Origin: Candidatus Multivoradales bacterium
Lineage (GTDB): Bacteria; Acidobacteriota; Thermoanaerobaculia; Multivoradales; J023
NCBI GenBank assembly: GCA_965248925.1
Contig: CBDFLE010000005.1
Span: forward strand, 1,888,001-1,952,000
DNA length: 64,000 bases
Reading direction: 5' to 3'
Both the position numbers and the translations under genes were made by a program. Shown piece after piece: positions 18,984 to 29,849 of the stretch. The notes under the pieces were generated by a model, which saw nothing but the letters and a program-made list of their open reading frames with translations, made no database searches and was not told the origin of the DNA. Each line of letters opens with the position of its first letter. The stretch's first letter is position 1.

Positions 18984-19134
18984 GATTGGGCAGGGCCTGG
19001 GGTTGCGATACTGCCCATCTTAGAACAGGACCGTTCGATGGCCTGGTGTTCATCAGCAATCGCGCGCACAAGAGAGCAAAAGGGCGATCCCTATCGAGCC
19101 GTATGCTCGGCGCCGCTGGAGTACAATGGGCGGC

Positions 19135-19809
19135 ATGATCAAACCCGAACTGATCCGCAGTCGCCTGGGAGTGCTGATCGCGCTGCTGCTTCTTGGCCTG
19201 TCTTTGGCTGGCGGGGTTTTCGCCGACGATACGCCACCGTCGCGTCCCGCCGCCGCCCCCACCTGAAGCGGCTGACCCGGTGAAGGAGCGCCGCTCCGGG
19301 GGAGCGGCATCGACTACGACTTCAGTTTTTCCCTGCGTTTCGTCGACACCGAGCTCGACCGACCGCGCTGGCGCTCGACGTTCCACTACCGCTTGCATCC
19401 GCGGTTGCAGCTCGGCGTCGAGGTCAACCCAGCGGCCGACGAGGTCGGGCCGCTGCTCACCTGGTTCTTGCTCACCGAGGGCGAGAGGCGGCCAGCGATG
19501 TTTCTCGGCACCAGTTCCGATCGCATCGGCTCGCCTGCCGGTGAGCAGTCGTACTTTCTGACCGTCGCCAAGCATCATCCACGGTTGCCAGTGTCAGCTT
19601 ACGCGAGCCTCAACTACTCGGAATGGGACGACGGCTTCAACGCGCCCTTCGGCGTTGAGGTCGAGTTCGGCGAGCGCTTTTCCCTGCGCCAGATGTACGA
19701 TGGTCAGCGGACTCACCTGATGCTCAACTACGCCGACCGCAGCTACGGTGTCTCGCTGCTCTGGGTCTGGCTCGAGCGCATCGGTATCGCCTTCTCGAAA
19801 CGGTTCTGA
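19135..19809 (+). CDS. probable selenoprotein: secreted outer-membrane beta-barrel-like protein with UxxU motif (224 aa)
   Basis: Signal peptide, ACC TGA AGC GGC TGA CCC (TGA 19264 and 19273), then the frame continues into ORF 19393..19809 ending in Phe; alternative ATG at 19126. Confidence 0.75.
19276..19308 (+). promoter_or_regulatory. bacterial SECIS-like hairpin
   Basis: 8-bp stem GCCGCTCC-GGG-GGAGCGGC (19290-19308); G-containing loop starts 22 nt after the second TGA. Confidence 0.6.
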
Positions 19810-19823
19810 CTTGAGGTTCTGAG

Positions 19824-20525
19824 ATGAAGATCATCAGCAACACCTGGATCGCCCTGGCCTTCGCTGCCGTCACCGCCACCACCGCGGCGGTGGCCGAAGA
19901 AGCAATCACCGCCACCACGGCGAGCACGGCGCCCGCGGTGTGCCCAGTCTGCCGGGTGCATGAAGGAGAGACCGAAGCCGAGCCGGTCGTCGCTTCTGCC
20001 GAGCACGACGGCCATACCTACGGTTTCTGCTCGATCAAATGCCGCGACACATTCCTCGAGGCACCCGTGAGCTACCTGCCGCCGGTCTTCCCTCGACCAG
20101 CGCCTGCATTTGTTGTCCACGACCTGAACGGTGCCGAGGTCTCCTCCGACACGTTCCGCGGCAAAACGGTGCTGCTCGACTTCTGGGCTACCTGGTGCCA
20201 GCCCTGCCTCGACGACCTGCCGAAGCTGACCCGTCTGCACAACCGCTATGCCGAAGACGGTCTAGTGGTCCTCAGCCTGTCGATCGATGAGGGAGAGAAG
20301 GCAGCCCGCAAGGTCAAACGCACAATCAAACGTCGCGGCGCCAAGCATCCCGTCTACCACGATGCCACCGGCACGCCGGCCTGGGAGTCATACCAGGTAC
20401 GGGTGGTGCCGACTCAGTTCCTGGTCGACAGCAAGGGTCGGATCGTCGCCCAGTGGTCGGGGCAAACCGATCTCGCCGCGGTCGAAGCTGAGATTGCCCG
20501 CCTGCTCGCCGCCGGCACCGACTGA
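19824..20525 (+). CDS. exported YHS-domain + TlpA/ResA-like thioredoxin (redoxin)
   Basis: Signal peptide, CPVC and YGFCSIKC (YHS), DFWATWCQPC. Confidence 0.88.
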   Translation: MKIISNTWIALAFAAVTATTAAVAEEAITATTASTAPAVCPVCRVHEGETEAEPVVASAEHDGHTYGFCSIKCRDTFLEAPVSYLPPVFPRPAPAFVVHDLNGAEVSSDTFRGKTVLLDFWATWCQPCLDDLPKLTRLHNRYAEDGLVVLSLSIDEGEKAARKVKRTIKRRGAKHPVYHDATGTPAWESYQVRVVPTQFLVDSKGRIVAQWSGQTDLAAVEAEIARLLAAGTD

Positions 20526-20553
20526 CCAATGAGACTTGGCCGAAGAAAAACTA

Positions 20554-20582
20554 CGGCGGCGAAAACCCGTGTTTCGCCGCCG
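20554..20582. terminator. hairpin between convergent redoxin and katG genes
   Basis: CGGCGGCGAAA-N7-TTTCGCCGCCG, 11-bp stem. Confidence 0.65.
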
Positions 20583-20591
20583 CCGTTGCGA

Positions 20592-22901
<2,310 letters not shown>

Positions 22902-22911
22902 TCAGACAGCT

Positions 22912-23355
22912 CTACTCTCCTCCATCTGGCGCCGCTTTCTGGCACGCCGGGCAGCGCCCCCAGTAGATGACCTCCGCTTCGTCGATCTCGAAACCGTGAT
23001 CATCGTCGGCGATCAGGCAGGGCGCCACCCCGTGCGCGCAGTCGATGTCAAACGTCGTGTCGCAGCCGCGGCAGATCAGGTGATGATGATTGTCACCCAC
23101 TCGATCCTCGTACCGGGCCGCAGATCCCGCCGGTTGGATACGGCGCACCAAGTTCTTCTCGACCAGGACACCGAGGGTGTCATAGACCGCCTGGCGGGAA
23201 ATCGACCCGATCACCGCCCGGACGACATCGATCAACTCGTCGGCCCGAGCATGGGGATGAGACGACACCGCTCGCAGGATGGCCAACCGTTGAGCCGTCA
23301 CCTGCAGACCGTGCTGACGCAGGAGCTGCTCGACATCGTCTTGCATGGCGGGCAT
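22912..23355 (-). CDS. furA: FurA/PerR-like peroxide-sensing Fur-family regulator
   Basis: [33 protein letters not shown]; directly upstream of katG; start 23355 or 23346. Confidence 0.9.
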   Translation of the reverse strand: MPAMQDDVEQLLRQHGLQVTAQRLAILRAVSSHPHARADELIDVVRAVIGSISRQAVYDTLGVLVEKNLVRRIQPAGSAARYEDRVGDNHHHLICRGCDTTFDIDCAHGVAPCLIADDDHGFEIDEAEVIYWGRCPACQKAAPDGGE

Positions 23356-23365
23356 ATGATCACGG

Positions 23366-23386
23366 ATTCTGGACTGAGTCAAGTAT
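23366..23386 (-). promoter_or_regulatory. FurA operator overlapping a TTGACT -35 element
   Basis: Minus strand ATACTTGACTCAGTCCAGAAT, imperfect palindrome CTTGACT-C-AGTCCAG just upstream of furA. Confidence 0.6.
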
Positions 23387-23506
23387 TTGATTGAGCCTAG
23401 AATCTGGCTCGGTCTTAGCCCCGGCTCTGGGGCGCTCTGTTGGCAGCGTGGCTGTGAGCAGCGTGCGAGACGCCTAGCAGTTGCCGCGGGATTCCTCAAC
23501 GTCCCG

Positions 23507-23532
23507 ACAACCTTTTCAGCAACGCCGAGTCT
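23507..23532 (+). promoter_or_regulatory. putative ECF promoter, copy 1
   Basis: ACAACC-TTTTCAGCAACGCCGA-GTCT. Confidence 0.7.
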
Positions 23533-23685
23533 CCCCTTCCAGAGGACATTCGAGATTCACCCTGTGCTTTTCATTGCACAGGTGTCATTTCCCGAACGGC
23601 ACGACTGGACCCTAAACTATGGGATGGAGTCCAACCGATGACGTGGCAGGACCTCGACCACTGAGAACCAATAAGGAGAACCGCC

Positions 23686-24012
23686 GTGAGCGCGAAATTC
23701 GAGATCTTCAAGGGGAACGACCAGAAACACTATTTCCGCTACCTTGGCAATTCCGGATCTCAGATCTTGCGCAGCGAGGCCTACGAAGAGCGGGCAGGAG
23801 CTGTCAACGGGATCAACTCGGTCAAGGCAAACTCGCAGCGCGACTCTGCATTTCAGCGCCACACCAATCAGGCAGGGCGCTTCTACTTCAACTTGGTTGC
23901 CGGCAACCACCAGATCATTGCCACGAGCAACCCCTACCGCAATACCAGTGAAAGGACAAAGGCGATCAGCGACGTCAAGAGTCACGCCGCCAACGCCCCG
24001 ACCGAAGATTGA
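23686..24012 (+). CDS. YegP-like protein (tandem DUF1508)
   Basis: KFEIFKG..YFRY..NSGSQILRSEAY and FYFNLVAGNHQIIATS repeats; AAGGAG RBS. Confidence 0.88.
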   Translation: MSAKFEIFKGNDQKHYFRYLGNSGSQILRSEAYEERAGAVNGINSVKANSQRDSAFQRHTNQAGRFYFNLVAGNHQIIATSNPYRNTSERTKAISDVKSHAANAPTED

Positions 24013-24034
24013 CCGCCGACTACGAATTCTAGGC

Positions 24035-24730
24035 ATGGGAGGTGACTTGCAAGCGCCACTGAATTCGCAAGTAGCAACCGAGTTGCTATCATCTCAAGCC
24101 TGGACTCGGGAAAAATCGTCCGAGACCACTTCGAGAAAGGGAAAGAATATCCGCTCAAGCTCGCAAGTCATCTCCGGGCAACAGCAAGTCGAGGTTCTTT
24201 TCCGGCAATACTATGGCCGGGTCAAGGGTTTTTTCCGCCGTCGCGGGTGCGATGAGGAAGAAGCCAAAGAACTTGTTCAGACGGTTTTCCTGAGAGCCTC
24301 CCGCGGGCATTCGCGACTCCGCGATCCGACGGCGGAAGCGGGTTGGATGTTCACCATCGCCGGCAACGTGTGGCGCTCTCATATTCGCGATCGGAGAGCC
24401 GAAAAACGCGACGCTACCGAAGTCGCGCTCCAGGGCATGGACGACCAGGGCGAGGGGTTGATCGCCGAGCAAGGCCTAACCACTCTTGATGAGGGCCCAT
24501 TGCACGCCTTGCTGGGCAAGGAACGTCAGCTAGAGCTGCACCGGGCGATCTCCGAGCTACCACCGCAGATGCGAGCTTGCTTGGAACTCCGGGTCGGCCA
24601 AGATCGCAAGTATCGCGAGATTGCTCAGATCCTCGGAGTCAGCGAGAGCACGGTTAAAACCCAGATCTTTCACGCCAAATTCAAGCTAAAAAAGTACCTC
24701 GTACAGGTTTTCGGCGGCAATCAAGCATGA
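24035..24730 (+). CDS. ECF RNA polymerase sigma factor
   Basis: Region 2 EAKELVQTVF..WMFTIAGN; region 4 LPPQMRACL..YREIAQILGVSESTVKTQIFHAK; start uncertain. Confidence 0.9.
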   Translation: MGGDLQAPLNSQVATELLSSQAWTREKSSETTSRKGKNIRSSSQVISGQQQVEVLFRQYYGRVKGFFRRRGCDEEEAKELVQTVFLRASRGHSRLRDPTAEAGWMFTIAGNVWRSHIRDRRAEKRDATEVALQGMDDQGEGLIAEQGLTTLDEGPLHALLGKERQLELHRAISELPPQMRACLELRVGQDRKYREIAQILGVSESTVKTQIFHAKFKLKKYLVQVFGGNQA

Positions 24731-25530
24731 TCGACCTCAACCCGCTCCAGGCTCTATTGGCCTCGCTCTCGGAAGGCGAAAAGCGCCAGGGAAAAGCCGC
24801 GACGATCACCCTGGAGGATCTGGTTGCCTATCGTCAAGGCCAGCTCACACCGGCCAAGGCCAGAGCTGTGGAAAGAGCAATGGCGATGGATCGTCGATGG
24901 GCGGATTTGATGCTCGAGCTGGCCCACTTCGAAGAAGAGCAGACGGGCCTCCCCGAGCCCTTTCTCGGCACCGACGAGGTCGACCGGGAGTGGCGAACTC
25001 TGGAAGCCCGACTAGAGAACGCTCCCCGGCTCGACACCCGTGTTCACCGGTTCGTCAATCGCCGGCCGCTATTGTCGCTCGCCGCATCGCTGGCTGCCGG
25101 GGCCGGCCTGATGTGGCTGGTGCTGTGGAGTACGGCGGCGATCTCTCCTCTGCGGTCTGACCACCGAACCAGTGTCATCACGCTGTCACCGAGCGTCCAA
25201 GCAGAGCCATCGAAGCGCTCCACTCGCCCCGAGATCGAAAGGATCAGTCTGCCGGCAGACACCACTCAGCTTTTCTTTGAAGTCCGCCCCTCGCGGTTGA
25301 TCCGTAACGCCATCTTTAGCTACCAGATCACCCTCGGCGACAAAGTCATCCGGTACGGCGACGCCTGGAGCGAAGGCAGCCATTTCATCACCTTCTTGAT
25401 CGACCGTCGCGGCCTGGTCAATGGGGCGCGGTACCGCTTGCGGATCACCACCATGCGCGGCGAGCCGATGGTCGAAACCGAATTCGTGCTCGGGCCCAAG
25501 ACGACCTCCCACCGGGCCGACGAGAGGTAA
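24727..25530 (+). CDS. putative membrane-bound anti-sigma factor
   Basis: ATGA-coupled to sigma; degenerate anti-sigma domain (LVAYRQGQLT), TM LSLAASLAAGAGLMWLVLW, beta-rich C-terminus. Confidence 0.7.
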   Translation: MIDLNPLQALLASLSEGEKRQGKAATITLEDLVAYRQGQLTPAKARAVERAMAMDRRWADLMLELAHFEEEQTGLPEPFLGTDEVDREWRTLEARLENAPRLDTRVHRFVNRRPLLSLAASLAAGAGLMWLVLWSTAAISPLRSDHRTSVITLSPSVQAEPSKRSTRPEIERISLPADTTQLFFEVRPSRLIRNAIFSYQITLGDKVIRYGDAWSEGSHFITFLIDRRGLVNGARYRLRITTMRGEPMVETEFVLGPKTTSHRADER

Positions 25531-25533
25531 GAA

Positions 25534-28149
25534 GTGGCCACCCGGCAGCGATTCGGTCGATGGGCGGCACTCTCAGGACTGCTCACCCTCGGTCTGACCC
25601 TCGCCTGCGACCCACCCCGAACCGGCTACCCACCGATTCCGCCGGCAAAAGCCGCGGCACAGCCACGAGAAAACCTGCTCATCGAGCTGACGAAGGGCTT
25701 CAAGCCCTGCCGGCCGGGCAGCGTCGAGGCGCTGAAGATCCATCGCGACGCCAGGAGTGCGGGAGACGATCTACACCACCTCGCCTACCACCACGAAGCA
25801 GCCGCGGAGCGGTTGCAGGCCCTCGGCTTTCCCTGCTTGGCAGTCGACAACTTGAATCGTCAAGGTCAAGCGCTGCGAAAGCTACGAAAGGTAGATCAAG
25901 CGCGCCATCTCTACTTGCGCCAGGCCTTGCCAGAGGCCCGTTCGGCCGGATTCGTTCGCGGCGCCGCTCAGACCTTGAACAATCTAGCTGTGCTCGAGCG
26001 TGGGGGACGCAACCTGCGCCAAGCATTGGACTATTTTCAGGCTGCCTCATATCTCTTCGCTTACTTGGACGACCGCCGGCAATGGACTCTGGTGCAGCTC
26101 AACCTGGGCGAAATGGAGTTCCGGCTCGGGCGTTTAGCAGCGGCTCACGCTCGGCTCGAGTCCGCCGCCGAGCGTTTTCGCCAAGCAGCTGACGACCGCT
26201 ACCTGGCCGCGGCCCTAACCTGGCTCGGCCGCACAGAGATCGCCCTGGGGCTGACCGACTCGGATGACCGCTATCGCCGTTTGGCTATAACCCGGCTGCG
26301 CGAAGCGGTTGGGTTGCGCCGTCGAGCCGACAGCGGACCGCTAGCCCTCGGCACTTCTCTGGACGGGTTGGGAAGAGCTTTCCTGGAGGATCGTCAGTAC
26401 CGCGAGGCGGAAAGTGCTTTGCAAGAAGCTGAGCTGTTGTTCAGCTCCCTGCAGGCCGACTTCTCTACCGCCAACGTGCAGGTCAATCTGGCGGCAGTGC
26501 GGCTGGGCCAAGCACTCCCGGCCGAGGCTCTGGCGCTGGTCGACGGAGTACTCGGCCAACCGGCGCCGACGCGGCTCGGCCTGGCGGAATGGAATGTTCG
26601 CAACGAAGCCCTGCTGATCAATGCCAGGGCACAGCTCTCCCTGGGCAACCGGGACCTCGCCAGCGTGGCGCTCGGGCAGGCGATCGCCCTCTTCGAGGTC
26701 CTGCGCACTGACAACGGGAGCTTGATGGACTCAGCTCTGGCGCTTCGCAAGCCCGCTGTCGATCTCTACCTCGAATTGTTGATCGACGATCGACGGTGGC
26801 CGGAAGCCTTTGACCTCATTGAGCTTCATCGTGCCCGCAGCCTGTTGGATCGCCTGCTGTTCTCTCCCCGCGAAGTGCTGCTCAGGTCTGGTGCGCCCCA
26901 GCTGCTGGCGCAATACGAAGAACTGCGAGCCGACCTGCTCCAGCTGGCAGCGACCTTGCCGGAGCCTCGCAGCGACCCTGTGCAACACCTCGACCTTGAG
27001 CTACGACAGTTACTCCACCGGCTACTGGCAATTGAAGAAGAGATCCGCGAGAAAGCCCAGATGCGCTCAGCGACACCGCTGCGTCGTCATCAGGCTGAGG
27101 ATCTGCTCGTGCCGGGGAGCTTGTTCGTTGGCTACTGGCTGGGCGCTCAACGCAGCTGGGTCTTTATCCTTGAGCATGGGCGAGAAGATCAAGTGCTGGA
27201 ACTGTCGGTTTCCCGCAGCCTGATCGAGTCTTCTGTCGAGGAGCTGCGGCGCGAACTCGCACGCGGCAACGGCTCCTCACGGCGGGCGAAGAACGAAGCT
27301 AGCTTTCTATCTTCACGGCTCCTGGAACCAATCGCCGAACGCTTAATAGGGGCCGAGAGACTGGTGCTGCTGGTCGACGGCCCGCTCATGGCACTTCCAT
27401 ATGCGGCCCTTCCATCGCCACTCAAAGGCGACACTCTCCTGGTCGATTCGCTACCGTTGGTGAAGATCTCCTCGGTCTCGACCTTGATGGTGCTGCGCCA
27501 ACGGCAGGCGGCCCGACGGCACGAGCAGAAACACCACCTGACGATCTTCTCCGACCCGAGTTACGACCTCGAAAACTCCTGGCCGCGGATCGAGGGAACT
27601 CGCCAGGAGGCCGAGTCCATTCGCCGCTTCTTCCCCACCGACCGGGTCTATCTGGGAAGTGCTGCCAGCCGCGAGAATCTGCTGGCCGGAGTCGCCAGCG
27701 ATAGTCGGTGGATCCATATCGCCAGCCACGGCACCCTTGACGTCAACCACCCTGAGCTTTCTCGTCTGCGTTTGGCGACTCTCGACGAGCATGGCCACGC
27801 TATCGATGGCAGGCTGCACTTGACGGATCTGAACCAACTCCGGCTCTCGGCCTCGCTGGTGGTGCTTTCGGGCTGCGAAACGGCCATCGGTCAACCTCTC
27901 AGAGGCAGCGGGCCGCTGGCCTTCCCGAGTGCTTTTCTCTACGCCGGCGCGGCGGGCGTGATCGCCAGTCTGTGGCCGGTCGACGATCAGGCGACCGTCG
28001 CTCTAATGACAGAGCTCTACCGTGGCCTGGGCGCAGGTCTCGATCCACCGCGGGCTCTGCAACAAGCGCAGCGGTCGATGTCGCGGGGCAAATACTACGA
28101 CCCGGCCTACTGGGCTGCCTGGGCCTTCGTTGGTGATTGGCAAGGTTGA
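25534..28149 (+). CDS. TPR-CHAT protease, predicted lipoprotein
   Basis: Lipobox LTLA-C, TPR repeats, HIASHG and LSGCET catalytic motifs, ASLWPVDD, YWAAW. Confidence 0.92.
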   Translation: MATRQRFGRWAALSGLLTLGLTLACDPPRTGYPPIPPAKAAAQPRENLLIELTKGFKPCRPGSVEALKIHRDARSAGDDLHHLAYHHEAAAERLQALGFPCLAVDNLNRQGQALRKLRKVDQARHLYLRQALPEARSAGFVRGAAQTLNNLAVLERGGRNLRQALDYFQAASYLFAYLDDRRQWTLVQLNLGEMEFRLGRLAAAHARLESAAERFRQAADDRYLAAALTWLGRTEIALGLTDSDDRYRRLAITRLREAVGLRRRADSGPLALGTSLDGLGRAFLEDRQYREAESALQEAELLFSSLQADFSTANVQVNLAAVRLGQALPAEALALVDGVLGQPAPTRLGLAEWNVRNEALLINARAQLSLGNRDLASVALGQAIALFEVLRTDNGSLMDSALALRKPAVDLYLELLIDDRRWPEAFDLIELHRARSLLDRLLFSPREVLLRSGAPQLLAQYEELRADLLQLAATLPEPRSDPVQHLDLELRQLLHRLLAIEEEIREKAQMRSATPLRRHQAEDLLVPGSLFVGYWLGAQRSWVFILEHGREDQVLELSVSRSLIESSVEELRRELARGNGSSRRAKNEASFLSSRLLEPIAERLIGAERLVLLVDGPLMALPYAALPSPLKGDTLLVDSLPLVKISSVSTLMVLRQRQAARRHEQKHHLTIFSDPSYDLENSWPRIEGTRQEAESIRRFFPTDRVYLGSAASRENLLAGVASDSRWIHIASHGTLDVNHPELSRLRLATLDEHGHAIDGRLHLTDLNQLRLSASLVVLSGCETAIGQPLRGSGPLAFPSAFLYAGAAGVIASLWPVDDQATVALMTELYRGLGAGLDPPRALQQAQRSMSRGKYYDPAYWAAWAFVGDWQG

Positions 28150-28175
28150 ACAACCTTTTTACCGCCGCCGCGTCT
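28150..28175 (+). promoter_or_regulatory. putative ECF promoter, copy 2
   Basis: ACAACC-TTTTTACCGCCGCCGC-GTCT. Confidence 0.7.
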
Positions 28176-28263
28176 TCCCTTCATTGCACTTCGACAAGTT
28201 ACCAAGATAGACCAGCGCTAGCTCGGGCCTAGTCGGCCCATGCCAAGCCAAAGGGAGACTTCA

Positions 28264-28410
28264 ATGAGTCACGCGAAAGAATTCTGGCCGCTCTGCGACA
28301 ACCTGGGGAATTCGCCACCTGACACCGGCTCGGGTGATCCCGACGACGATGGTGGCGGAACCGACATTGCGGACGACCCCAAAGCCGGAAGCTTTGAAGG
28401 CGAGGAGTGA
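28264..28410 (+). CDS. 48-aa acidic Asp/Gly-rich peptide
   Basis: AAGGGAG RBS; MSHAKEFWPLCDNLGNSPPDTGSGDPDDDGGGTDIADDPKAGSFEGEE. Confidence 0.55.
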   Translation: MSHAKEFWPLCDNLGNSPPDTGSGDPDDDGGGTDIADDPKAGSFEGEE

Positions 28411-28470
28411 ATGAAACCTGCCCCACTATCCACGGCGGATGGCGGGGTGCTGCCTCCCACTGATGCATGA
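28411..28470 (+). CDS. 19-aa peptide coupled to the C25-like gene
   Basis: GAGGAG RBS; MKPAPLSTADGGVLPPTDA; ATGA overlap with next gene. Confidence 0.35.
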   Translation: MKPAPLSTADGGVLPPTDA

Positions 28471-29849
28471 ACCGCCGGCTGCATTTTCTCGGCCTGGACG
28501 TCGACACCGGCCAGCCTTTCTTTACCGGACTCAACAGCCACGGACTGCCCAATTCCCGGCTTTCTCTAGCGGCCCAACCAAGACCTCTGCGCTACGGTGT
28601 AGACAGTCGATTCCTTGCCACTGCGGGCTGGGGAATCGTCTTTTGCCCAGGTGTGGATCCAGCGATCAAGCGGGCACTCCGGCCGCTGATCGAACGTCGG
28701 CGGCAGCAGGCTGGCAAGCTGTTCAAAGAACTCACCTACAAGGTCCGCAGAAGCGCGGGCAGCTTTCTCTCATCCTTGCGTGCCGGCCCCGGGCCGGTCG
28801 ACCCTAACCGGGTTCCCTACTACTTGTTGCTGATCGGCCACCCGCGCGAGTTACCGTACGGTTTCGAAATCGAACTCGGCTGCCAGCATGCCGTCGGCCG
28901 CCTTGCCTTTCACCAACCAGCGGCTTACGAGAGCTACGTTCGAGCCCTATTGAGCGCCGAAAGCGAGCAGCTCCATCGCGGCGCGGCGATCAAACTTTTC
29001 GCACCGAGCCATCCCCATGACGAGGCGACCCGAGCCTGCCGTCGCCAGCTGATCGATCCCCTACGGCAAGCTCTGCGACAACGTCGACCGAACCTACTCA
29101 GGCGGAGCTTTCTTGGCCGGCACGCGAGCCGTGGACAGCTAGTCAAGGTGCTGGCCGACCGCGCCACCAACCTGGTGCTGGTCGCCGGCCATGCCTCGAT
29201 GATTCGCACCGATGCTGACCGCCAGCGAGCACGCCAGGGCTCTCTGGTGTGCTCCGATTGGCCGGGCCATGGCACCAGAGTCCTGCCCGAGCACACCGTA
29301 GGTGCAGACGCTCTGTCAGCGGCCGCCGACCTCAGCGGCACCGTTTTCGTGTTGTTCGGCTGCTTCACCGCTGGCACGCCCAGTCACGACAGTTTCTCCC
29401 ATCTCGACCGCGACCCCGGCAGGCGGCGGCGCCTCACCGAGCATCCCTTCGTTGCCCGGTTGCCACAGGCCTTGCTCAGCCATCGGCCGGGTGCCGCCCT
29501 GGCGGTGATCGGTCACGTCGATCGCGCCTGGCCGAGCTCTTTCGAGTGGCAGGGGATCGCTCAGGCAAATGCTTTCGAAGACTTCCTGCTGGCAGCCGCC
29601 GATGGTCGCCGCATCGGCTTCGCGATGCAGGGGTTCAAGCAGCGTTATGTCGATCTGGCGCGGCGGCTGGCGACCGCGACCCACCGCCCCGGCGACAGTA
29701 CCGAACTCGATCTACCCGCTCCGCGGGAACTCTGGCTAGCCTACAATGACGCTCGCTCCTTTGTCTTGCTCGGCGATCCAGCAGCACGATTGTCGATCTC
29801 TGCTGCCACAGCCGGCGAGCGGGCAATGCGCAACCCGACGTCGGAGTAG
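28467..29849 (+). CDS. peptidase C25 (gingipain)-like clan CD cysteine protease
   Basis: VPYYLLLIG, AVGRL, AGH and FGCFTAG dyad motifs, VIGHVDRAW, LLGDPA. Confidence 0.78.
   Translation: MNRRLHFLGLDVDTGQPFFTGLNSHGLPNSRLSLAAQPRPLRYGVDSRFLATAGWGIVFCPGVDPAIKRALRPLIERRRQQAGKLFKELTYKVRRSAGSFLSSLRAGPGPVDPNRVPYYLLLIGHPRELPYGFEIELGCQHAVGRLAFHQPAAYESYVRALLSAESEQLHRGAAIKLFAPSHPHDEATRACRRQLIDPLRQALRQRRPNLLRRSFLGRHASRGQLVKVLADRATNLVLVAGHASMIRTDADRQRARQGSLVCSDWPGHGTRVLPEHTVGADALSAAADLSGTVFVLFGCFTAGTPSHDSFSHLDRDPGRRRRLTEHPFVARLPQALLSHRPGAALAVIGHVDRAWPSSFEWQGIAQANAFEDFLLAAADGRRIGFAMQGFKQRYVDLARRLATATHRPGDSTELDLPAPRELWLAYNDARSFVLLGDPAARLSISAATAGERAMRNPTSE

Noticed and set aside
19264-19275. Genome-wide TGA reassignment (Trp/Gly) as the explanation of the two TGAs
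   Set aside because: Many well-defined genes here end in TGA (katG, sigma, sulfatase) and Trp is encoded by TGG
23638-23664. 8-codon ORF MTWQDLDH with GGAG upstream of the DUF1508 gene
   Set aside because: Too short to distinguish from chance without conservation data
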